This document shows positions 48,741 to 57,963 of a stretch of DNA of 64,000 nt, one piece after another. This DNA is from Candidatus Latescibacterota bacterium (GTDB lineage: Bacteria; Latescibacterota; UBA2968; GCA-2709665). A program made the translations under genes and the position numbers. A model generated the notes under the pieces. It made no database searches, was not told the origin of the DNA, and worked only from the letters and a program-made list of their open reading frames with translations. Numbering within the stretch: the first letter of the stretch is position 1; every line of letters begins with the position of its first letter. The stretch covers positions 2,592,001 to 2,656,000 of the forward strand of contig CBDDDZ010000005.1 of NCBI GenBank assembly GCA_965226795.1. Reading direction: 5' to 3'.

Positions 48741-50374
48741 GAGTCTGCGCCGCAGGAGTTTTTACAAAGGGCGAGATGTGTGTGTGTTGGGTTCGGTGTT
48801 ATGTTGGGAGTGGTATGATGAGTTTCGGGCGCGGTCATCGTGGCAGTCAGGCGTGTTGAGGACGAGATATTAGGGAGGTTGGCTTCCCGTATGTCGAGTC
48901 CACAAGGACAGGACGCCCTAACTCATGCCTCAACACATCGTCAACGCTGCCATCCGCTTGGCGTTCAACGCCAGGCAGACCAGGTACCACTCGGCACGCA
49001 CCTTTTCCAGACCCCGGAAGCTGAAGCGTCGGAAGCCCAATATCTCCTTGATCCATCCGTTGGGCGCCTCCGAGAGCCACTTGCGCTTCGCATACAGGCC
49101 CCGACCTTCCGGGCTCGCCAGTTTTTCGCCCATGCGATGCGTCGCCGGAAGCGTCTCCGAATCGACGTCCACCCTTTCCTTGCCCTCCCGCCCCAGCGCC
49201 ACGTAACCATCGATGCCACGTTCCTCAAGCGTGGCCAGGTCCTCCTCGTTGCAGTAGCCCGCGTCCGCCAGAACCGCACCGGGCTTGACCCCGAATGTCT
49301 CTTCCACCCCGTCGAGTAAGGGAAGCATGAGGCCCTGGTCGGTGGCCGCGGACCCCAGATGCGCAGCCACGATGATCTGACGCTCGGCGTCCACCACCGT
49401 CTGGGCGTTGTAGCACTGCTGGAAACCCTCCGCGCTCGTCTTCATGATCCGAGACTCGGGGTCCGTGAAGTTGCTCTGAGCTTTCGGGTCGGGCTCGCCA
49501 TAGGCTCTTTTGTACGGCCGCCCGCCCTTCGGGTTGCGATCCTGACCGGGCTTGCGCCCGCGCGCATCGTCGACGGCTCGTTGCGATGCTTTTAGACGCT
49601 CCCGAGCCGCCCTGATCGCCGCCAGACGAACCTGCCTGCGCTGCAACTCGACCGGCAACTCGTCGCCACGAACATCCGCGCCGTAACGCGCGTCCTCCTC
49701 GGCATCAATCGACACAGCCCCCGCCAGCAACGCCTCGATCTCTTTCTCCAGACGAGCCTGTTCCTTCAACATCCGCTCGTAACTCATGGCCTTGCGCTTG
49801 CTCGCCTTCGCTCGTACCTTCGTGCCGTCTAAAGATAGCGTCCCGAAATGTACCAGACCCATCTCCCGCGCCACACCAACCACCTCCACGAACAAACGCC
49901 CGAAATCTTTTAGGTGACGACGACGAAACTCGCAGATCGTCCGGTGTTGTGGAAAATTGCCTGCCGCCAACATACGAAACGCCACGTCCTCCTCCAGCTT
50001 CCGAGCGATCGCACGAGACGAATACACACCCGTCGCGTACCCATATATCAATACCTTCAACATCATCGATGGCTCATAAGGCGCGTTGCGACGCCCATCG
50101 CCTTCATACGGCGCGTAGAATGATCCCAGATCCAGTGAATCCACCAGATCGCTCACCTGATGCGACAGATGACCTTCAGGCACCCACTCCCGAAGATCAG
50201 GCGCCAACAGCAATATCTGGTCCGGGTGATACGCACGAAAGGTCGTCGGCATCGATAGCTCCCTCCGTTGACACAACGCACAACCTCTTTACTGCTTGAC
50301 ATTTCTAAACTGCACGACCCATTATACCTACCATTACCTGTCCATTGAAATGAATTTTCCTGCGGCGCAGACTC
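48741..50374 (-). mobile_element. IS1182 family insertion sequence (1634 bp)
   Basis: Perfect 17 bp IRs GAGTCTGCGCCGCAGGA and a CTAG target duplication (48737-40, 50375-78). Confidence 0.96.
48930..50252 (-). CDS. IS1182 family DDE transposase (intact)
   Basis: PYEP.MMLKVLIYGY..SSR, LDGTKV, NFTDPESRIM, YNAQ, ADAGY, EAPNGWIK..GFRRF..RG. Confidence 0.93.
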   Translation of the reverse strand: MPTTFRAYHPDQILLLAPDLREWVPEGHLSHQVSDLVDSLDLGSFYAPYEGDGRRNAPYEPSMMLKVLIYGYATGVYSSRAIARKLEEDVAFRMLAAGNFPQHRTICEFRRRHLKDFGRLFVEVVGVAREMGLVHFGTLSLDGTKVRAKASKRKAMSYERMLKEQARLEKEIEALLAGAVSIDAEEDARYGADVRGDELPVELQRRQVRLAAIRAARERLKASQRAVDDARGRKPGQDRNPKGGRPYKRAYGEPDPKAQSNFTDPESRIMKTSAEGFQQCYNAQTVVDAERQIIVAAHLGSAATDQGLMLPLLDGVEETFGVKPGAVLADAGYCNEEDLATLEERGIDGYVALGREGKERVDVDSETLPATHRMGEKLASPEGRGLYAKRKWLSEAPNGWIKEILGFRRFSFRGLEKVRAEWYLVCLALNAKRMAALTMC

Positions 50375-50912
50375 CTAGACCTCATCGTTGCAATCGTCAT
50401 TCCCATTGTTGTCATCGCGTGGGCGCTGCCCTCGAACGCCCATCGCGGCAAGCGCGGCTGGAAAGCCCGGAAGTCGCCAATGGCAGCCCTGGAGCTCTCG
50501 GCAGAGCAGCGGACCAAGTTGGAAAGCTTCAAGCTGGAGCGGGCCAAACAGATGGCGCAGTTGCGTGCCGACCTGAAGGTGGCCAGGCTGGATCTCCAGG
50601 CCGCTATGCGGCAAGACGAGCCCAATCCCGCCGAAGTCAAAACGCGAGTTGCCGCCGTCAACAACGCACGATCCCTGATCCTGGAAAGCCGGGTCAACCA
50701 CCGGCTTAAAGTCAACAGCGTCCTGACCCCGGAGCAGCGGAACAAGCTTCGCGAGATGCGAAGGGATCGATCCCAGGGAGGATGGGGAAAGATGTGGCGC
50801 AAAGGTCGTTACCAGAAACGCTTACGGGGAATGGGACATCCACGCCCGGACCGCATCGACGAAGGTCCATCTTCGATTTGACTGAACCTTCCGGGATAGA
50901 AAGGTAACAGAG

Positions 50913-51689
50913 ATGTCGTTTCGCCGATTTGCCATCGCGTCCGTCGTTGTCTCCTTCACACTCCTCGGGTGCGGAAACAAGATCCCGATCGAGTCCCCTA
51001 CCGGCTCCACCGAAAGTTCAACTCAGGCCTCAAAGGCATCCACAGATGAGATAAGTTCCAAACTTGGTGACGAAAGTTCCAACAAATCACGGCGCGGTCA
51101 CCACAAAGGATGGGAACAATATATCTCGGCGCTGACCGACTCGCTGAGCCTCAGCGACGAACAGGTCGCGGATCTCAATGAACTCTTCGAGGACTATCGG
51201 GCTGACGTCGAGGCCCTGATGGATAGCGCCAAAGCGTCGGGCGACCGTACAGGGCTTCGGGAGAGTCTGAAGGAATCGAGACACGGATTTGAAGACGACT
51301 TCAACGACGTCCTCACGGAAGAGCAACAGACCAGACTCGCCGAAATCAAGGCCAATGCGGCCGCCCGAAGGAAGGACAGCGGGTGGGAACAGCGCATTGC
51401 CACACTGACCGACTCTCTGGGCCTCAGTGAAGAACAGGTCGCGGATCTGAATGGACTGTATGAAGACTACGAGGCAGACGCCCAGGCCCTGATAGATGCC
51501 GCCAAAGAATCGGAAGACCGTTCGGGTCTCATAGAGAAGCTGGACGAATTGAAAGAGAATTTCGAGGAAGACTTCAACGCCATCCTTACGGATGAACAAC
51601 AGGCGAAGCTGGACGAAATGAAATCCGAGGGGCGGAAGCGCACCGGGAATGGCCATCGACACGGTTGCAAAGGCCGAAAGGGCCGGTAG
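50913..51689 (+). CDS. Lipoprotein with two tandem acidic Spy/CpxP-like repeats
   Basis: Lipobox LLGC; GWEQ..LTDSL.LS.EQVADLN..F.EDFN..LT.EQQ repeated twice. Confidence 0.75.
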   Translation: MSFRRFAIASVVVSFTLLGCGNKIPIESPTGSTESSTQASKASTDEISSKLGDESSNKSRRGHHKGWEQYISALTDSLSLSDEQVADLNELFEDYRADVEALMDSAKASGDRTGLRESLKESRHGFEDDFNDVLTEEQQTRLAEIKANAAARRKDSGWEQRIATLTDSLGLSEEQVADLNGLYEDYEADAQALIDAAKESEDRSGLIEKLDELKENFEEDFNAILTDEQQAKLDEMKSEGRKRTGNGHRHGCKGRKGR

Positions 51690-51777
51690 TAACCCGAATT
51701 GCCTTGAAATCACAAGGGCGAAGGTCTATCTCTCGATGAATTCAAACCCTGAAACCTCAAACATAGAACGAAGAGCC

Positions 51778-51903
51778 ATGAACGCCACCGGCCACAGGTT
51801 CCTGGATCTTTCGCCGCTGGGCAGCGTAAACGGCGTCGTACGCCCTGTAATCGATTCTAATTCGGTCAATAATCACAGGACTCCGTGGCGGATTATGGTA
51901 TAG
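51778..51903 (+). CDS. Putative Val-rich leader peptide upstream of valS
   Basis: MNATGHRFLDLSPLGSVNGVVRPVIDSNSVNNHRTPWRIMV; 6 Val, 4 of them GTA; its 3' end can pair with the terminator arm. Confidence 0.5.
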   Translation: MNATGHRFLDLSPLGSVNGVVRPVIDSNSVNNHRTPWRIMV

Positions 51904-51926
51904 CAGCGCAAGCGAAAAACATCAGT

Positions 51927-51968
51927 AACCCGCCATCGAGCCCACTCGATGGCGGGTTTTTTTTATTG
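51927..51968 (+). terminator. Intrinsic terminator / attenuator
   Basis: AACCCGCCATCGAG-CCCA-CTCGATGGCGGGTT followed by a T-run. Confidence 0.88.
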
Positions 51969-52031
51969 CTATTTACACCTCGAGGAATTCTGATCGCGAG
52001 GCAAGAACGCAGAGTGCGGCAATCCGTACAA

Positions 52032-52178
52032 ATGGCTACCGAATATAATTATCGGGAGGACAAACAGGCCAACATGCGGGCCGCCGCAGAGGTACCCTGC
52101 GATTGGCTGCGGCAGACAGGATTTCGGAATGTGGACTGTTACTACAAGATCCTCGAACTCGTCGTCTTCGACGGTTGA
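52032..52178 (+). pseudogene. C-terminal remnant of a class I SAM methyltransferase
   Basis: EDKQAN..CDWLRQTGFRNVDCYYKILELVVFDG resembles a methyltransferase C-terminal tail; no N-terminus present. Confidence 0.5.
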
Positions 52179-52241
52179 AGATTACGAGGTACGGAACCAA
52201 CGGATTCAGAGAATGGATAATTCCCTCCCGGGAGAATCAGA

Positions 52242-54690
52242 ATGGCCTTATCCAAACGCTATCGCCCACAGGAGACAGAGCCTCGCCTTCAGGCGCGCTG
52301 GCAACTGTCAGACATCTCTACAAATTCGAGAGGCCGGCCGAGGGTCCCGTATACGCCATCGACACCCCTCCGGCAACCGTGTCCGGAAAACTCCACATGG
52401 GCCACGTCTATTCCTACAGCCATGCAGACTTCATGGCTCGCTTCTGGCGAATGAACGGACGGCGGGTGTTTTACCCGATGGGATATGACGACAACGGCCT
52501 CCCAACGGAACGGTTGGTGGAAAAACGCCTGGGAACAAGCGCATCGGGACTCGGCCGTCAGGCGTTTATCGAAAAATGCATGTACCACGGTGAAGCCATT
52601 GAATGCGAATACGAGAACCTCTGGCTTCGCCTGGGGCTTTCGGTCGACTGGTCACATACCTATCGCACAGCGGGCGACACCGCCCGCCGCATTGCACAGA
52701 AGTCATTTATAGACCTGTTAGACAAAGGACTGGCCTACCGAAAAAAGGCGCCGGCTATCTGGTGCCCGGCATGCGGAACCGCCATCTCGCAAGCCGAATT
52801 GAACGACGTGGACAGAGAAAGCGAGTTCATCACCCTGGACTTCCGCCTTGCCGACGGAACCTCGCTGCCGATCGCCACTACCCGGCCGGAACTTCTGCCC
52901 GCATGTGCGGCGATTTTCGTCCATCCAAGTGACGAACGCTACCGTTCATTCACCGGCCGCAATGTCTCAGTCCCACTTTACGGCCATCAGGTGCCCGTAC
53001 TGCAGGATACAGGGGCGGATCCCGAAACAGGCACGGGCGCTGTTATGTGCTGCACCTTCGGCGACGCAGCGGACGTGGCCTGGTGGCGTTCCCACAACCT
53101 GCCGCTGGTCTCCGCCATCGACAAACACGGCCGGATGACCTCCGGTTCCGGCATTCTCGAAGGCCTTTCCGTGTCCGATGCCAGGCGGCAAGTCTTCAAG
53201 GCGCTCAATGAACGCGGCGTGATCCTGGACCGACGGCCCGCGCCTCAGTCCGTTCGGGTCCACGATCGCTGCGACACGCCGGTGGAATACATCGTCGCTC
53301 CGCAGTGGTTCATCCGTGTCCTTGACTTCAAAAGCCGATGGCTTGAACTGGGCGAAGAAATCAGGTGGCATCCTCCGCACATGAAAGACCGTTACATTGA
53401 ATGGATCGAAAACCTGCACTGGGACTGGTGTATCTCCCGACAGCGGCGCTTTGGTATCCCGTTTCCCGTGTGGTATTGCGGCGACTGCGGAAAATCGACG
53501 TGGCGCCGGACGATGAACTGCCAGCAGACCCGCTTGAAACATCCCCGGCCTCCGGCTGTACTTGCGGCGCCGACTGCTGGGTAGCCGATACGGATGTTAT
53601 GGACACCTGGGCTACCTCATCGCTCAGTCCTCAGATCGCCGCAGGTTGGTTATCCGACAGCGAGCTCTATCAGAACGTCTACCCCATGTCCATGCGCCCT
53701 CAGTCACATGAAATCATTCGGACGTGGGCTTTCTACACGATTGTCAGATCTCACCACCATTTTGGTCAGATACCCTGGAAGGAGATTTGCATTTCCGGAT
53801 GGGGCCTGGCTCCTGAAGGCACGGGGAAAATCAGCAAGAGCCGCGGGGGCGGGCCGACCGCGCCGATGGCCGCAATCCGGAAATACTCGGCTGACGCCGT
53901 GCGTTATTGGGCGGCCGGGACCGGATTCGGCAAAGACACGGTCATCAGCGAAGACAAATTCAAGGCCGGCAGCAAACTGGTCACCAAACTCTGGAACGTA
54001 GCCCGCTTCAGCGAACGGTTCCTTCAAGGATATCGCCCTCCTGTGGAACCACAGGCCCTCACCTCCGCGGACCGCTGGATCCTGTCTCGCACACAACGCC
54101 TTATCGATCGGGCAACCGGCTTTTTCCAAAACTATCAATACGCTCTCGCCAGGAGTGAAACCGAAACCTTCTTCTGGAGAGACCTGGCGGACAACTACCT
54201 TGAAATGGCCAAGCGGCGTCTGTATGACGAGACCGGGATCGGAACCGGTGGTGCGCAATATACACTCAGCCATGTACTTCGAACCTGCATCCACCTCTTT
54301 GCACCGTTTCTGCCGTACGTAACCGAAGAGATCTACGTTGGACTGTTCGCAGAGAACGGTGAATCCATCCACACCTCAGCCTGGCCGTCCGTGAACCCGC
54401 GACTTTTGGACGAACGCGCCGAAACAACGGGCAACCACCTGGTTGAAATCGCCACTGCGGTTCGACGTTACAAGAGCAACGCCAATCTCTCACTCAGCGC
54501 ACCCCTGAAACGGCTGCAACTGACCGTAAAGGATCAGGCGTTCTCATTGTCACTGAAGGAGGCTGAATCGGATCTGACCAGCATCACGCGTGCACGTAAT
54601 TTTGACGTCGGGCTTAACAACCCGCACGATCCTGGCCTTCACGTCGTGCTGAACGGCGAGACCGTCACGGCGGCCATCGAAGCGCAATAG
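52242..54690 (+). CDS. valS: Valyl-tRNA synthetase, type 2 (archaeal-like, no C-terminal coiled coil); two apparent frameshifts (about 52316 and 53492)
   Basis: DTPPATVSGKLHMGH, ATTRPE, GTGAVMCCTFGD, WCISRQR, DVMDTWATSS, KISKS, KLWN. Confidence 0.92.
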
Positions 54691-54959
54691 GGCTTCCCGG
54701 CACCTTGACCGCGTTCTGCCGTGAGTTAGAGCAGGCTAACAGGACAACGATCGACGAAACGGGGATGTTATAAGAAAGAAGAACCGGAAAGGGAGGTCAA
54801 ATAAGATTTCGGAAGTCATTGCGACTGCATTCAAATCCCGATACACGCTGTGTTTTTCGACCTTAGGGGGAGTCAAATGCGATTGCTTTTGGTACATGCT
54901 CAGCCACGCGTTACCTTGAAACTTATGGTCGTGGAATGCTGACCGTCAGGACGAATACG

Positions 54960-55125
54960 ATGCCCGACTCTCGACGAAACACCTTCGACAGCGTCGCATG
55001 CCGTTACGATGAAATCAGGCCCGGGTACCCCGACGAGCTAATTGACGACATCGAATGTCTATCGGGGATTCCTGACGATGGAAGAATCCTGGAGATCGGA
55101 TGCGGCACCGGGCATGCAACGAGTC
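54960..55125 (+). pseudogene. N-terminal fragment of a class I SAM methyltransferase
   Basis: FDSVA.RYDEIRPGYP..ILEIGCGTGHAT, after which similarity ends. Confidence 0.65.
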
Positions 55126-55236
55126 AACACCTTTCGTCGTGCTTTCGGACTGCGCCTTTCGAACGCTGCGAGTTGGGATTGGACAATCGTGATGGTTTCA
55201 TTCTGTTGAACATCCCCGATTGCAGGTGCGTCTACC

Positions 55237-55533
55237 ATGGGAGGAATTGTGAGCCTTTTCATTGACATGATCTGGGAACTTGTGGCGTTGTTGGTAATCG
55301 ATGGTTTTCCTTCCCTCTTCAGGCGAAACCTGCCGAAGCCGGTTCATCGACTCCGAGTTTCGGCTTGGATCCTTATTCTTTTAAGCCTGGTATGCTTTGT
55401 TTCTGTCTATGTCCCTTCGTTCGAAGCCCATCGAGGTTTACTCAAGCGCGTTACAATTGGCAGCCTGATGATTCTATTGGCCGTCATGGTGGCCATGACG
55501 CTTCTCCTGAAAGCCGGGAAGACTCGTGGCTGA
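55237..55533 (+). CDS. Small hypothetical membrane protein
   Basis: 98 aa with 2-3 hydrophobic segments. Confidence 0.45.
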   Translation: MGGIVSLFIDMIWELVALLVIDGFPSLFRRNLPKPVHRLRVSAWILILLSLVCFVSVYVPSFEAHRGLLKRVTIGSLMILLAVMVAMTLLLKAGKTRG

Positions 55534-55718
55534 ATATCGACTCGAATCTGAAACGGAACACCTCGATGTGGTTCGGATGCAGGGAACGCAACGAAGGGTG
55601 TTGGCAACATCATCTGCCGGCGTGCGGCGTTTCACCCCCCAAGGGAAGCCAAAGACGTAATCGCGAGTCTCTGCCCACGCGGTCCGCTCGGCAATTGGTT
55701 GTCGCTCGAATTTCTGTC

Positions 55719-55759
55719 AAAAAACGAAGGCGCCGGGGCGAAGTTCTCGCTCCCGGCGC
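55719..55759 (-). terminator. Intrinsic terminator
   Basis: GCGCCGGGAGCG-loop-CGCCCCGGCGC followed by TTCGTTTTTT on the minus strand. Confidence 0.65.
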
Positions 55760-55948
55760 GTTTGGTCTACCGCAGGGTGGGTCTCTTGTCCGTCATTCTT
55801 CCTTAATGGACGTGATCAAGGAAGCACAGGTCCCCGGATCTTCAGATTCTGATATTTTATCTTCTCTCCTCCAAGTCAGGAATAAACCTGTCCGGAGGTT
55901 GACGAGGCGTGAACGACTATGGCCGCGGGACTTCCTTTCATCCCGCGG

Positions 55949-56926
55949 CTATCGGGCTTCGAAGAAGAACCGGATCACGTCGTCCTCTTTGAGCATGGCA
56001 TCGAAGAACCTCTGGTCCTCTTCGTTCAACTCGCCCGCCGACTGCAGGACAATCCGCATGTATTGCTCCCTGGTGAACGTGAGCGTCAGGTTGTCCCCCT
56101 CCACGTCGAAGGAGCATTCCATAATTAGCCCCTCTTCTTCCACCATTGTGAGAATATCGCCGTTCACCGACCACGTTCCCGTACCGGACCACGTACCCGT
56201 GCTGTCCTGGTCTGCAAAAGTGCCGGCTGCGTCAATACGCCGGATCGGCGACCAGACACTGTCGCGGAGGCCGGTCTCCAGATTGCCTGTGAACTCCTGG
56301 ACGAGAAAGGCGGCAGTCGCACTATCCACCAGGCCTTGTTCCAGAATCGCGGTTACCAGGTTCTCGCTTATCGTTTCAACCATATCGGTTCCAACGTATC
56401 CCCACGATCCGACAATACCAGGTGACGAAAGCGAAGATGAACCCGTAACGCGCGCCGTTCCGTCAACGGGCAGATCGACCGCCACTTCGTATCCTCCGTT
56501 TACCGGAATGCTCGACCAGGAACCCAGCACGGCCCCATCCTGCACGGCGCGCGCCCGATAGTAACCGCTCACATTGCCTCCCCCAATCTCCACACGCGCC
56601 TCACCGTTCGCATCGGTAGAGCCCGACCAGGAATAATTCGCCGGCAGGCCAGAGACAGACCGGAAAAACTCCACGGTCACGCCACTCAACGGCCCACCGT
56701 CCTGCCGCACCATTGCCACCACAACGGCTTGTCTCACATTTCCGCTTACTGCCAATTTGCCCAACGGCTGACCTGCATACACCTGCCGGGTTGCAGGGTT
56801 GACCCCCTCAGCGGGCGGATCCACTTCCGGTGCCATAGAGGTGGTAACGCGGTCCCCTCCACAGCCCCACGCCAGGCCGCCAACCACGACCAGGGCAAAC
56901 ACATTGCGGATCGGACTAAACATCAC
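55949..56926 (-). CDS. Lipoprotein: shared N-terminal beta-sandwich module + lipocalin-like C-terminal domain
   Basis: Lipobox AWGC; QPLGKLA module as in the 27862 protein; IVGSW and GTWSVNGDILT lipocalin-like motifs; AGGAGA RBS. Confidence 0.72.
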   Translation of the reverse strand: MMFSPIRNVFALVVVGGLAWGCGGDRVTTSMAPEVDPPAEGVNPATRQVYAGQPLGKLAVSGNVRQAVVVAMVRQDGGPLSGVTVEFFRSVSGLPANYSWSGSTDANGEARVEIGGGNVSGYYRARAVQDGAVLGSWSSIPVNGGYEVAVDLPVDGTARVTGSSSLSSPGIVGSWGYVGTDMVETISENLVTAILEQGLVDSATAAFLVQEFTGNLETGLRDSVWSPIRRIDAAGTFADQDSTGTWSGTGTWSVNGDILTMVEEEGLIMECSFDVEGDNLTLTFTREQYMRIVLQSAGELNEEDQRFFDAMLKEDDVIRFFFEAR

Positions 56927-57412
56927 GATCTCCTTTCCTTAGAAATTTACTTGCGAAAGACGCCGGCATGTCATCCACCGATTCATGGATCCGTTTACGG
57001 TTGGTAACTGTGTTTAACTATCCGAATGCCAAAACACATCCAACCATGTTCTAACGACTCATGAGAACGTGAAATGTTTCTACGCTGTGCTGTTTGTGGC
57101 GAACGACACGATGTCTACCAGCATCGGTCGGGCGTGCGGCGCGCATATTTTCAGTAGGCTGTCGACAGGATTCCACAAGGCAATCCTCAACCAATCCTTC
57201 CTTTTACGCCCGGCCCGACAGTGTATGGCGACCCGAACCGACGGATGTCGTACAAAGCCGTTCATCCCCTGATGCCCGTGCGCCGAAAATCTGAACAAAA
57301 TACTTGACATATCGAACGAATCCTATTATCTAATCTTTTCGGCGCACATCCGTCAATGTTTTCTAATATATGGAAACGGAGAGGTCGGGTCAAAAAAAAA
57401 GGAGATCGGCCG

Positions 57413-57757
57413 ATGGAGGTTAACACCGAGCGGGACAACGGTACGTTGATCGCGAAGGCTGCGGGCCGCGTCGACGGGTCCAACGCCCGTGCGTTCGAGG
57501 AAGCTCTCGATTCCGCAATCACCCAGCACGAAGACGGTCAAGCCGTGATTGTGGATTTTGAAGGGCTTTCATACATAAGCAGTGCGGGACTTCGGGTCAT
57601 CCTGCTAACCGCCAGGACGCTTCGAAAACAGGACAAGGAATTCGTGGTCTGCTCACTCTCCGATCCAATCAGGGAGGTCTTTGAGATCAGCGGATTCGAC
57701 AAAATTATACCGGTTTACACCTCCCGATCCGAAGCGCAGGCAGCGGTCGGAGGATAG
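57413..57757 (+). CDS. STAS-domain anti-sigma factor antagonist (RsbV-like)
   Basis: GRVD, YISSAGLRV, VFEISGF; AGGAGA RBS. Confidence 0.92.
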   Translation: MEVNTERDNGTLIAKAAGRVDGSNARAFEEALDSAITQHEDGQAVIVDFEGLSYISSAGLRVILLTARTLRKQDKEFVVCSLSDPIREVFEISGFDKIIPVYTSRSEAQAAVGG

Positions 57758-57963
57758 CAAAAGGTTGGTCCGGGACTGCTTCACGGAAGCATAATGCTTT
57801 TCGTTGAAGAAGCACGACGGGTGGAAATGACACCGTAGCCGCACCGTGTCCTCTGGACGATCATTCAGGTTATCGGCAAAATGAATGGATGGCGTGGCTG
57901 CCGCGTTGTGTCCTGGTTTCAAACGGTTTCCCCTGAATCTCCCGAGAAACTGAAAGGCCGACC

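Larger units (their letters stand above)
48728..50881 (+). pseudogene. Spy/CpxP family periplasmic protein interrupted at codon 5 by IS1182
   Basis: AAGGAG RBS then ATG AAA CGT CTA G|IS|; removing the IS gives MKRLDLIVAIVIPIVVIAWALPSNA..LELSAEQ..VLTPEQR (171 aa). Confidence 0.88.

Noticed and set aside
51108..51620. Tandem DNA repeat as a CRISPR or other non-coding array
   Set aside because: It is the coding duplication of two Spy-like domains; no repeat-spacer array was seen anywhere in the window.
51700..52241. T-box riboswitch upstream of valS
   Set aside because: No GGTGG(T/A)ACCGCG T-box sequence or stem-I motifs are present; a leader-peptide model fits better.
52310..53500. Programmed ribosomal frameshifting in valS
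   Set aside because: No canonical slippery heptamer or stimulatory structure; two shifts in an essential enzyme fit sequencing error better.
52032..55125. valS inserted into a single methyltransferase gene
   Set aside because: The C-terminal fragment precedes the N-terminal one and they look like different subfamilies.
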